Made by a program: the position numbers and the translations under genes | Notes under the pieces: generated by a model | The model's database searches: none | What the model saw: the letters and a program-made list of their open reading frames with translations, nothing else | What the model was told of the DNA's origin: nothing | NCBI GenBank assembly: GCA_041687695.1 | Contig: JAWLBL010000021.1 | Location: 1-64,000, forward strand | Direction: 5' to 3' | DNA: 64,000 bases | Origin: Myxococcota bacterium | Lineage (GTDB): Bacteria; Myxococcota_A; UBA9042; PHBI01; JAWLBL01 | Shown: positions 18,832 to 27,034 of the stretch, piece after piece | Numbering within the stretch: position 1 is the first letter of the stretch | How the letters are laid out: every line of letters starts with the position of its first letter

Positions 18832-19071
18832 CTACACGCGATCCTGGACTCCCGTCGCCTTGCCGGCGGCGGTGTTGGCGCAGTTGGCGCAGCAAAAGAC
18901 GACGGGGCCGACCTCGACGCCGTGCCCGATGATGCGCGTCTTGCAGTTGCCACATCGAGGGGCGAGGGCCTCGATGGCACACTCGAAGCTGTCGAACTCG
19001 TGGGTGCGGCCGGCTTGCACGACCTGGAAGGTCTTGTCGTAGTCGTTGCCGCAGGTCTGGCAGGTGGCCAT
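18832..19071 (-). CDS. Small Cys-rich metal-binding protein (prokaryotic metallothionein-like family)
   Basis: CQTCGNDYDK, FDSFECAI, CGNC, GHG and FCCANCA; GGAGGAGG RBS. Confidence 0.85.
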   Translation of the reverse strand: MATCQTCGNDYDKTFQVVQAGRTHEFDSFECAIEALAPRCGNCKTRIIGHGVEVGPVVFCCANCANTAAGKATGVQDRV

Positions 19072-19165
19072 GACGTCCTCCTCCTTCGCGCGCGCTCCCC
19101 GGCGAGCGCGCGGGGCCCGAGCGCGCGACTGTGCTGCCAGACACCCTAGGCACGGCGGGGCGCGG

Positions 19166-20017
19166 TCACCCCGTCGCCGGCCCCGCGGGCTGCGTCAGGA
19201 CGAAGCGCCAGGGCGACTTGGGGTGGCCCAGGATGAGGGTGCTGCGGGGCTCGTCGAGGCCGACCTCGTCCAGGGTCGCGCCGCCGCCCACGCGCACGCC
19301 GTTGACCAGGGTGCCCAGGGTGCTGCCGCGGTCCTGCAGGCGGTAACGCGCGGCGCCGTCGACGACCAGGGCGCAGTGGTTGCGCGACACGACGTAGGGC
19401 GGGGCGTCGGGGACGTGGAGGTCGTTGAAGTCGAAGACGTCGTCGGTGACGACCGAGGGGCGGCGGCCGAAGCGGAAGGGCAGCTTGGTGATGCGCAGCC
19501 CGTCGCCGATGAGGGCGCGGGTCTGGACGCTGCCGGGCTCGAGGGTCAGGGCGCGGGCGGCCGGGATGGTGGTGGGCGGCTGGGTGGCGGCGCTGGCGGG
19601 GGCGGGGTCGAGCCCGGCGGCGGCCGCGGTGGCCTGCAGGGCGGCGAGCTGGGTCTCGAGGGCGGCGTAGCGGACGTTCATCAGGCGCAGGCGCTCGAAG
19701 AGCACCTTGAGCATGGGGAACACGCGCCGGGGGTCGCTGGCGAGCAGCTCGTTGAAGCCGTCGCGGCTGATGACGCTGAGGGTGCAGTCCTCGAGGGCGA
19801 CCACCGAGGCCGAGCGCGGCTCGTCTAGGATGAAGCTCATCTCGCCGAAGAACTGGCCGGGGCCGAGGCGCGCCAGGATGACCTGCTTGCCGCCCGACTC
19901 CTTGTAGACCGCCACCGAGCCGGTCAGGACGCCGTAGGCCACCTCGTCGACCTCGCCCTCGCGGACGATGACCGCGCCACGGGGCACGGTGATCTTGCGC
20001 TGCAGCTCGCGGCTCAT
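19166..20017 (-). CDS. Cyclic nucleotide-binding plus FHA domain protein
   Basis: FFGEMSFI..PRSASV (cNMP), a coiled coil, then FGRR...VSRNHC...DRGSTLGTLVNG (FHA). Confidence 0.9.
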   Translation of the reverse strand: MSRELQRKITVPRGAVIVREGEVDEVAYGVLTGSVAVYKESGGKQVILARLGPGQFFGEMSFILDEPRSASVVALEDCTLSVISRDGFNELLASDPRRVFPMLKVLFERLRLMNVRYAALETQLAALQATAAAAGLDPAPASAATQPPTTIPAARALTLEPGSVQTRALIGDGLRITKLPFRFGRRPSVVTDDVFDFNDLHVPDAPPYVVSRNHCALVVDGAARYRLQDRGSTLGTLVNGVRVGGGATLDEVGLDEPRSTLILGHPKSPWRFVLTQPAGPATG

Positions 20018-20230
20018 CGGCCGACCTCGCGGGCAGGGGGGCTGGGGGGGGGCTGGCCATGCGGCCGGGCCGTAGTGCGGGCGTGACGGGACGCTACAGC
20101 GCCCCGCGGGGGCTGACAAGGTGGCCAGAGGACGCGCGGCGCCGGGGGAGGTAGCGGTCGTCCGGCCGGCGCGGGGCGCTTAGGGTTGAGCTACGTCGCG
20201 CGCACCCTGACCGCCGCCCGGGAGGACGAC

Positions 20231-20782
20231 ATGGCCGGACAGACCACCACCGAACGCAGGTTCCACGCCTTCGATCGGCGCATCCAACAGCACGCGGGGC
20301 GGATCCTCGACACGCTGCGCATGTTCCTGGGCGCCGCCCTGTTCGTGCGCGGCTGGTACTACATCATCAACATCGAGCGGCTGGTCGGCGCCGGCTGGTT
20401 CAACGAGCTGTACCTCAGCGCCGGGCTGATGGCGCACTACGTGGCCATCGCGCACATCGCCGGCGGCCTGATGCTGTGCATCGGCTTCCTGACCCGCATC
20501 GCCGCGCTCGTGCAGATCCCCGTGCTCCTGGGCGCCCTCTTCTTCGTCCACTTCGCGGGCGGCGTCATCAGCCCGACGGGCTCGTTCGAGTTCGCCTTCC
20601 TGGTGCTGATCCTGCTGATCGTCTACGCCATCTACGGCGGCGGCCGCTGGTCGGTCGACGAGGTCATCTTTCGGCGCCATCCGGACCGCTCGGCCGCCGA
20701 GGAGCGGGAGGCCGAACGCTATGGCGAGCGGATCCCGAGCGCCCCGCCCTACGGCCGCCCGCCCATGGGCCAGCCGACCTGA
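20231..20782 (+). CDS. DoxX family membrane protein
   Basis: LRMFLG, GGLMLCIGFLTRIAAL and GGGRWSVD; GGAGG RBS. Confidence 0.9.
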   Translation: MAGQTTTERRFHAFDRRIQQHAGRILDTLRMFLGAALFVRGWYYIINIERLVGAGWFNELYLSAGLMAHYVAIAHIAGGLMLCIGFLTRIAALVQIPVLLGALFFVHFAGGVISPTGSFEFAFLVLILLIVYAIYGGGRWSVDEVIFRRHPDRSAAEEREAERYGERIPSAPPYGRPPMGQPT

Positions 20783-20797
20783 GCCGAGCGGGCGCCG

Positions 20798-21739
20798 TCA
20801 GGCCCGGGCGCCGCCCGGCGACACCCGCAGGACGACCTCACGCACGCGGTCGGGCGCGGTCAGACGCACCTCGACCACCGGGTCGCGCCCGCCGTCGGCG
20901 TTGGTGTCGGCGTCGCAGCGCACCCACGCGCGCGAGTAGACCCCGGCGCGCACCAGCGGCTCCAAGGCCACGCGCCCGGCGCGCTCGAGCGACCGCCACA
21001 GCGCCGGGCCGTTGGTCGCGCCCATGACCAGCGGGGCCAGCGCCGCCTCGAGCAGGCGCTCGACCGGGTCGCCCGCCGTGCCCGACTCGCCCCTCGCGCG
21101 CGACCGCACCGGCCTGACCAGCGCGATCTGCCGCCGCCGCCCTCGCGCCACCAGCACGTCGCAGCCCGCCGCCTCCAGGCTCGCCAACGCCTCGGCCGAC
21201 GGCGTCGCGGGTGGCTCGTGCACGCCCCGCAGCGCCCCCGTGACCCCCAGCCCCAGCGCCGCGACCAGGCAGGTCGCCGGCAGCCGCCGCTGCGCCCGCA
21301 GCCCCGGCGTGACGGTCGGCACCCACGGCCAGGCGACCCGCGGCCCGGGTCCTAGACGCTCGCGATGGGCCAGCACGGCCGCGACGTCGGCCCCATCGGG
21401 CGCGTCCACCCACAGGACGACCTCGTCCCCGGCCACCGCCTCCCACAGCTTCCGCGCGGCCTCCACGTCGACCAGCCCCGGCGCGACGATCGCGTCCACG
21501 CCCTCCCGCGCCAGCCGCTCGGCCGCCGCGACCAGCGCCCCGCGCTCGTCCAGCGACGGCACCGGCGCGAAGGTCACCACCTCGACCCCGTTCATCAGCG
21601 CGTGGCACACCGCGTCCGCGGCCAGGTACGGCCCCGCCTCGACCGGCGCCACCAGGCGCTGGAAGTCCCCGAACTTCCTGACCCGAACCGGCCCGGCCAG
21701 CGCCCGCGGCGCGACCCCGATGACTCCCAGATGGCTCAC
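20798..21739 (-). CDS. Diverged contractile tail sheath-like protein (orphan)
   Basis: Ordered sheath-like motifs: IGVA...GPVRV..F.DF, AV...NG, IVAPG, VDAP, AWPWV, LPATCLVAA, ALRG, N.PALW..L......L..L...G and VRCDADTN. Confidence 0.65.
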   Translation of the reverse strand: MSHLGVIGVAPRALAGPVRVRKFGDFQRLVAPVEAGPYLAADAVCHALMNGVEVVTFAPVPSLDERGALVAAAERLAREGVDAIVAPGLVDVEAARKLWEAVAGDEVVLWVDAPDGADVAAVLAHRERLGPGPRVAWPWVPTVTPGLRAQRRLPATCLVAALGLGVTGALRGVHEPPATPSAEALASLEAAGCDVLVARGRRRQIALVRPVRSRARGESGTAGDPVERLLEAALAPLVMGATNGPALWRSLERAGRVALEPLVRAGVYSRAWVRCDADTNADGGRDPVVEVRLTAPDRVREVVLRVSPGGARA

Positions 21740-21796
21740 CCGCTGGCCCTTACCGCGCCGGGCGCCGCCCCGCAAGCGGCCGCCCCCGCGCGTCGC

Positions 21797-21847
21797 GCGC
21801 AGCGAGCTGCGCGGGCCCTCGAGCACGAGCGAGCTCGTGCAGTCCGA
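21797..21847 (+). repeat. Double-hairpin REP-like element, copy 1
   Basis: GCGCAGC-GA-GCTGCGC, an 8-nt spacer, then GA-GCACGAGC-GA-GCTCGTGC-AGTCCGA. An inverted copy lies at 26982-27031. Confidence 0.85.
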
Positions 21848-21875
21848 TCGCAACGCGGCGAGCACGGCCACCGGG

Positions 21876-21961
21876 GCGGACTCGGCCACGGACTCGGCCT
21901 CGGACTCGGCCACGGAGTCGGACTCGGCCTCGGCCACCGGGTCGGACTCGGCCTCGGCCAC
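21876..21961. repeat. Intergenic hexamer-based tandem repeat (GACTCG/GCCTCG/GCCACG)
   Basis: Repeated GGACTCGGCC(A/T)C units. Confidence 0.8.
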
Positions 21962-22044
21962 GCCCCCGCGCCGTGGACCGGGCGATGGTGCTAGCATCCC
22001 TCCGTCGTCCGTGCCCCCCTCCCCCGCTCCGAGAGCCCCACGTC

Positions 22045-23160
22045 ATGACCCGCCAGCCCTTCAAGGACCAGTTCTTCAACGCGGCCGTCATCGGCGACGT
22101 CGCCGCCCGCTTCGCCGCCGTCCACCCACCCTTCGCCGCCGACGCCTTCCGGGCCGAGGTGATGGCCGAGCTCCCCGCGCTGGAGCTGTCGGGCCGCTCG
22201 ACGCTGGTCGCCGACGCGCTCGCCCGCCACCTGCCCGCCGACTTCCCGACCGCCCTGCCCCTGGTCCTGCAGGCCATGGGCGCCGACCCGGGCGGCCCCG
22301 CCGACGCGACCGCGGGCTTTCGCTTCATGCCCCTGCTCGAGCTCGTCGGCCGCCAGGGGCTGCACCACTTCGACCTGTCCATCGCCGCCCTGCGCGAGAT
22401 GACCAAGCGGTTCTCGGCCGAGTTCGCCATCCGCCCCTTCCTGCGCCACGACCTCCACCGCACCCTCGCGCACCTGCTGGACTTCGCCGCCGACCCCGAC
22501 CCCCGCGTCCGCCGCCTGGCCTCCGAGGGCACCCGTCCGCGCCTGCCCTGGTCCTTCCAGCTGACCGCGCTGGTCCGCGACCCGAGCCCGACCCTGCCCC
22601 TGCTCGAGCGCCTCCGCGACGACCCCGACCCGGTGGTCCGACGCTCGGTCGCCAACCACCTCAACGACATCGCCAAGGACCACCCCGAACTCCTGCTCGG
22701 CCTCGCGACCCGCTGGTCCGATGGCGCCCCGCCCGAGCGCCAGGCCCTCCTCCGCCACGCCCTGCGCACCCTGGTCAAAAAGGCCGACCCCACCGCGCTG
22801 GCCCTGCTCGGCGCGGCCCCCTCCCAGCACCTGCAGGTCTCGGAGCTGGCCGTCACCACCCCCACCGTCCCCTTCGGCGACGCGGTCGAGTTCACCTTCA
22901 CCGTGACCTCGACCGCTCCCACCCCGACCCAGGTCGTCCTCACCTACGCCATCCACCACCTCAAGGCCGACGGCCGCCTCGCCCCCAAGGTCTTCAAGCT
23001 CTCGACCCGCACCATCGCCCCCGGCGCGACCCTCACCCTGACCCGCCGCCACGCCCTGCGCCCCATCACCACCCGCCGCTACTACCCCGGGGCCCACGCG
23101 GTCGAGGTCTTCGCCAACGGCGCCTCCAGCGGCACCCAGCCCTTCACGCTGCTGATGTAG
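22045..23160 (+). CDS. DNA alkylation repair glycosylase, AlkC-like (HEAT-like repeats plus a C-terminal Ig-like domain)
   Basis: FSAEFAIRPF, VRRLASEGTRPRLPW, VRRSVANHLNDIAKDHP and PITTRRYYPG.H. Confidence 0.9.
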   Translation: MTRQPFKDQFFNAAVIGDVAARFAAVHPPFAADAFRAEVMAELPALELSGRSTLVADALARHLPADFPTALPLVLQAMGADPGGPADATAGFRFMPLLELVGRQGLHHFDLSIAALREMTKRFSAEFAIRPFLRHDLHRTLAHLLDFAADPDPRVRRLASEGTRPRLPWSFQLTALVRDPSPTLPLLERLRDDPDPVVRRSVANHLNDIAKDHPELLLGLATRWSDGAPPERQALLRHALRTLVKKADPTALALLGAAPSQHLQVSELAVTTPTVPFGDAVEFTFTVTSTAPTPTQVVLTYAIHHLKADGRLAPKVFKLSTRTIAPGATLTLTRRHALRPITTRRYYPGAHAVEVFANGASSGTQPFTLLM

Positions 23161-23309
23161 GTGGGTCCCGGTCGGGCGAGCGAGCGCGCGCGCGGGCGGA
23201 GCTTTCGAAAGCGATAGGAATCGTAAGGTGCGTCCGAGCGGGCGCGGCGGGTACTCAGGCGGTGGCCGGGCCGAGGGGGCGCGGCGATGGACTGGGTAGG
23301 AGCACGCTG

Positions 23310-23852
23310 ATGACGCGGACGATGGTCGGGATGGTTGGGCTGCTGGGGGTGGTCGCGCTGGGGCTGGTGGCCGGGTGCGGCAAGGACGAGGGCGGCGACG
23401 CCGAGGTCGACTTCAGCGCGGCCGCGCTGGAGCCAGTGGAGGTCGACGTCAAGGGGCAGAAGGTGTCGGTGTCGGTGCCCAAGGGGTTCACGCTCGAAGA
23501 CGGGCCGTTCGTCAGGCTGCGGGCGCCGGCCAAGGAGCACTTCAGCTTGCCGTCGTTCACCCTTCGGCTGGTCACGCTGGGGGCGCCCGAGTCGATCGAG
23601 GCCCTGAAGCTGGAGTCGGGGACCAAGGCCAAGCCGATGGCCGTGACCAAGCGCGAGGCCGTGGCCGGAGGCCTGCTCATCGCGGGGCACAACAGCACCA
23701 AGGGCACGGTCGAGCTGACCTTCTTCAAGCCGCGCCCCGAGGGCGGCGCCGTCAGCTGCCGCGCCGTGCAGGCCCGCAGCGAGGGCGTGCCCAATCCCGA
23801 GGCGACGCTGGCCATGTTCGAGAGGGCCTGCACCTCGCTGACGCTGAAGTGA
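23310..23852 (+). CDS. Hypothetical lipoprotein
   Basis: AGGAG RBS, hydrophobic signal peptide and lipobox VAGC. Confidence 0.75.
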   Translation: MTRTMVGMVGLLGVVALGLVAGCGKDEGGDAEVDFSAAALEPVEVDVKGQKVSVSVPKGFTLEDGPFVRLRAPAKEHFSLPSFTLRLVTLGAPESIEALKLESGTKAKPMAVTKREAVAGGLLIAGHNSTKGTVELTFFKPRPEGGAVSCRAVQARSEGVPNPEATLAMFERACTSLTLK

Positions 23853-23858
23853 CGGGGC

Positions 23859-26552
23859 TCAGGCGATGGTGACCGGGACGTTGGGGTCCAGCAGGTAGCC
23901 GTCGCCGTCGTGGGCCAGGGCGTCGCGCAGGCCGGCGGCGCGCAGCTTGGTCACCAGGACGTACACGCGGTTGGACCGGTGCGGCTCGCCGGTCTGGTCG
24001 CCCGGCCAGCCGGCCTCGAACATGGCCTCGACGTCCAGCGCGCGGCCGGCGCCGGACAGGCGCTCGGCGGCGAGGCGGGCCAGGACGCGCCGGGCGCTGG
24101 CCTTGCGGGCGAGCGAGACGTGCTCGCCCTCGGCGGTCACGAAGTGGCGCCCGTCGGCCGAGATGGTCAGGCCGGGCTGGGAGGTGTCGACGTCGGTTCG
24201 CGAGCCGCGCGACAGCGTGGCGTCGAGCAGGGTGCGCGCGAACTGCACCTGGTGGCGCCGCGAGGGCCCGGGCCCGGCGGGGGGCTCGGCGGCGGCGGCG
24301 CTGATGGCGTCCGCCCGAGCGCGGGCCTCGGCAGCGGTCGTGGCGCCGCGCAGCAGCGACAGGTGCACCGCGTACAGCGCGTGCGTGTGGCGCAGCATGG
24401 GGTCGCCCGAGGGCGCGAGCAGCAGCCGCGCCCGGGCCAGCGACGCCTCGGCCGTCGGGTCGCCGCGGTGCGCCTCGGCCAGGGCGAGCACGGCGTGCAG
24501 CAGCCCCTCGGCGACCGGATCGGACCAGGCCTGCGCCAGCCGGTCGCGCGCCTCGACGCCCAGGGCCCAGGCCCGGTCGGCGGCGCCCTCGAGGAGCTCG
24601 ATGGCGGCCAGGAAGGCCGTCGAGACGCCCTGGATGCGCACGTCGCCGACGTCGCGGGCCACGGCGCGCGCCGCCTCGAAGAACGCGCGGGCGCCTCGCG
24701 GGTCCTCCTCGCGCAGGGCGCACTCGCCCAGGTTGCGCAGGACCACGCACTCGAGCCGCCGGTAGCCGTCCTCGCGCGCGGCGGTCAGGGCCTCGCGGAA
24801 GGTGCCGGCGGCTTCGGCCCAGCGGCCCTCGAGCCCGTACGACATCGCCAGGTTGTTCAGCGCCGGACCCAGCAGGTGGACCAGGCGCCGCTTGCGCATC
24901 CAGGGGATGGCGTCGGCGAAGAGCCGCTGGGCCTCGGCCTGATCGCCCTGCTCGACCCGCAGGACCGCCAGGGCGGCCCGCGCCTCGGCCAGCTCGCGCT
25001 CGTCGCCGGCCTCGGTCAGCGCGGCGACGGCCTCGCGCAACGAGCCTTCGAGGCGATCGAAGCCGCCGAAGTGCAGGAGCGCCGACGTCCGCATGAGGAC
25101 GACCCCCTCGAGGCGTCGATCCGTCGCCTCGCGCGCCACCTGCAGCGCCGCCTCGAAGGCTTTGGTGGCCGCGTCCTCGTCGTTGCGCGCGGCCAGCAGG
25201 CCGCCGCGCGCGACCAGCAGCGCCGCACGGCGCGCGGACGGCAGCAGCGACATGAGCGGCCCGAGCCGCGTCAGGGCCTCCAGCCCCCGCGCGGCGGCGC
25301 CCTCGCGACGGAACACGGGCTCGAGCGCCAGCAGCAGCGTCGCGACCGACTCGGCGGCCGCGGCGGTCAGTGGAGCGCTCATCAGGGCGTCGATGGCCTC
25401 GGACAGGTTGCCCAGCTCGTCGCGCAGCAGCAGGCGGGCCCGGGCCGATGCGTCGGTCTCCAGCGCCGCCGCCTGCCGCGCGGCGAAGGCCTCGCACCAG
25501 GCGGCCAGCTGCCGCCGCGTCGCCTGCTCCAGCGCCGGGTCGTCGGCCAGGCGCTCGCGGGCGTAGGCGCGCACCGACTCGTAGAGCGCGAAGCGGCGGC
25601 CGCCGTCCGCGCCGGGCTGGGGCGTCGGCGTGAGCAGCGACTTGCGGAGCAGGGCGTCGACCAGCTCCGTGGCGGGCGCGGGCGCCAGGACGTTCTCCAG
25701 GGCGTCGAGGCTGGCCGACCCGCGGAAGAGCGACAGCTGCATCAGCGCGCGCTGCTCGCCCGGGGCCAGCGCCTCCCAGGACTCGTCGAGCGACTCGCGC
25801 AGCCCGCGCCCCGAGGCGCCGGCGCGGAGCCACCGGAAGCGATCGTCGAGCCGCGCCAGCAGCGCCTCGGGCGACAGCACCGCCATGCGGGCGGCCGCCA
25901 GCTCGATGGCCAGCGGGTTGCCGTCGAGGCGGCGGACCAGCTCCGTCACGGCGGCGCTGGCTCCGACGCGCTCGGCGAAGCCCGGGTCCACGGCCTCGGC
26001 GCGGAGGACGAAGAGGCGCTCGGCCTCGCCCTCTCCGTCGCGGCCGGAGGCGGCGGTCGGCAGCGGGCCGAGCACGTGGCGCGCCTCGCCCTCGAGCGAA
26101 AGCGCCTCGCGGGAGAGGGCGACGACGACCAGCTCGGGCGCCCGGGCGAGCCACTGGGCGAAGGCCTGGCGGGCCGCCGGCAGGACCGGCTCGAGCTCGT
26201 CGACGATGAGCAGCGTCCGGCCCAGCGTCCGCAGCCGCTCGCCCATGGCTGCCGATTCGCGCTCGGCCTCGCCCGCGCCCGTCGCCCGCAGCGCCGCCGC
26301 GACGGCGCCGCACAGCTCGGGCCCGGCCTGCTGGCGCGCCAGGGAGACGAACCAGACACCCCCGCTCCAGCCCTCGTCGCCGGCCTGGCGCAAGCCCAGC
26401 TCGCGGCCGAGCCGGCTCTTGCCGAACCCCGCCCCGCCGGTCAGCGTGACGGCGCGCGCCCCCGCCCCGAGGCGCTCGGCCAGCCGGGCCAGGTCGGCTT
26501 CGCGGCCCACGAACGCGGTGAGCGCCGGCGTCAGGTTGTGGCTCGCGGACAT
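23859..26552 (-). CDS. STAND/NB-ARC-like ATPase with TPRs and a C-terminal winged-helix-like domain
   Basis: FVGRE, Walker A GGAGFGKS, Walker B LLIVDELE, GNPLAIELAA, TPR-like helices and GWPGD...NRVYV....LR..GL...GY.LD. Confidence 0.88.
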   Translation of the reverse strand: MSASHNLTPALTAFVGREADLARLAERLGAGARAVTLTGGAGFGKSRLGRELGLRQAGDEGWSGGVWFVSLARQQAGPELCGAVAAALRATGAGEAERESAAMGERLRTLGRTLLIVDELEPVLPAARQAFAQWLARAPELVVVALSREALSLEGEARHVLGPLPTAASGRDGEGEAERLFVLRAEAVDPGFAERVGASAAVTELVRRLDGNPLAIELAAARMAVLSPEALLARLDDRFRWLRAGASGRGLRESLDESWEALAPGEQRALMQLSLFRGSASLDALENVLAPAPATELVDALLRKSLLTPTPQPGADGGRRFALYESVRAYARERLADDPALEQATRRQLAAWCEAFAARQAAALETDASARARLLLRDELGNLSEAIDALMSAPLTAAAAESVATLLLALEPVFRREGAAARGLEALTRLGPLMSLLPSARRAALLVARGGLLAARNDEDAATKAFEAALQVAREATDRRLEGVVLMRTSALLHFGGFDRLEGSLREAVAALTEAGDERELAEARAALAVLRVEQGDQAEAQRLFADAIPWMRKRRLVHLLGPALNNLAMSYGLEGRWAEAAGTFREALTAAREDGYRRLECVVLRNLGECALREEDPRGARAFFEAARAVARDVGDVRIQGVSTAFLAAIELLEGAADRAWALGVEARDRLAQAWSDPVAEGLLHAVLALAEAHRGDPTAEASLARARLLLAPSGDPMLRHTHALYAVHLSLLRGATTAAEARARADAISAAAAEPPAGPGPSRRHQVQFARTLLDATLSRGSRTDVDTSQPGLTISADGRHFVTAEGEHVSLARKASARRVLARLAAERLSGAGRALDVEAMFEAGWPGDQTGEPHRSNRVYVLVTKLRAAGLRDALAHDGDGYLLDPNVPVTIA

Positions 26553-26635
26553 CGGCCCTCCCGGGCGGCGCGAGCGACTATACACACTTCGCGCCCTGGA
26601 GGGGGTCAGCGACGGAAGCCACCGTTTGGCCAAGC

Positions 26636-26951
26636 GCCGGCCGGCTGGAAGAGGGTGTCGTATGGATGCCGGCTGAGGCGGCCCATGAGTGCTCCGGCTT
26701 GCCGGAGCCCCGGCCCCGGCGGCTTGCCGCCGGGATCTGGCCGCCAAACCCGGCGCAGCAAGCTGCGCCGGATGGGGGCTCCACCAAGGTGGAGCACTCC
26801 GGTTGGGCTTCTGCGACACCCTCTGGAAGCCGGCGGTCCCAGGGGACGGATGCCAAGATTGCCCCGAATCGGCCGGCTGGAAGCCGGCGATCCCCACGCC
26901 GGGATGCCGAGATGGCCCCGAATCGGCCGGCTGGAAGCCGGCGATCCCAGG
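26636..26951. repeat. Intergenic mosaic of REP-like palindromes (BIME-like)
   Basis: GCCGGCT-GGA-AGCCGGCG(A/G)TCCCA occurs as 2 full and 2 partial copies. Also GAGT-GCTCCGGC-TT-GCCGGAGC (26687-26708), CGGCGCAGC-AA-GCTGCGCCG (26751-26770) and GGAGCACTCC (26791-26800). Confidence 0.85.
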
Positions 26952-26981
26952 GCGGCCGGCGCGGGGGTGATGGACGGCTGC

Positions 26982-27031
26982 TCGGACTGCACGAGCTCGC
27001 TCGTGCTCCGGCTTGGCGCAGCTCGCTGCGC
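26982..27031 (-). repeat. Double-hairpin REP-like element, copy 2 (inverted)
   Basis: 27-bp and 16-bp exact reverse-complement matches to 21821-21847 and 21797-21812. Confidence 0.85.
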
Positions 27032-27034
27032 CGG

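Noticed and set aside
20798..21739. Prophage or complete eCIS/T6SS locus
   Set aside because: No tube, baseplate, spike, capsid, terminase or integrase genes occur in the window.
21740..21997. N-terminal AESDSV-repeat extension of the sheath-like ORF
   Set aside because: It consists of intergenic hexamer repeats and the REP-like element. The GTG at 21739, where sheath-like similarity begins, is the more plausible start.
26820..26951. Mini-CRISPR
   Set aside because: Only 2-3 degenerate palindromic copies with related linkers; this fits REP-like repeats and no cas genes are present.
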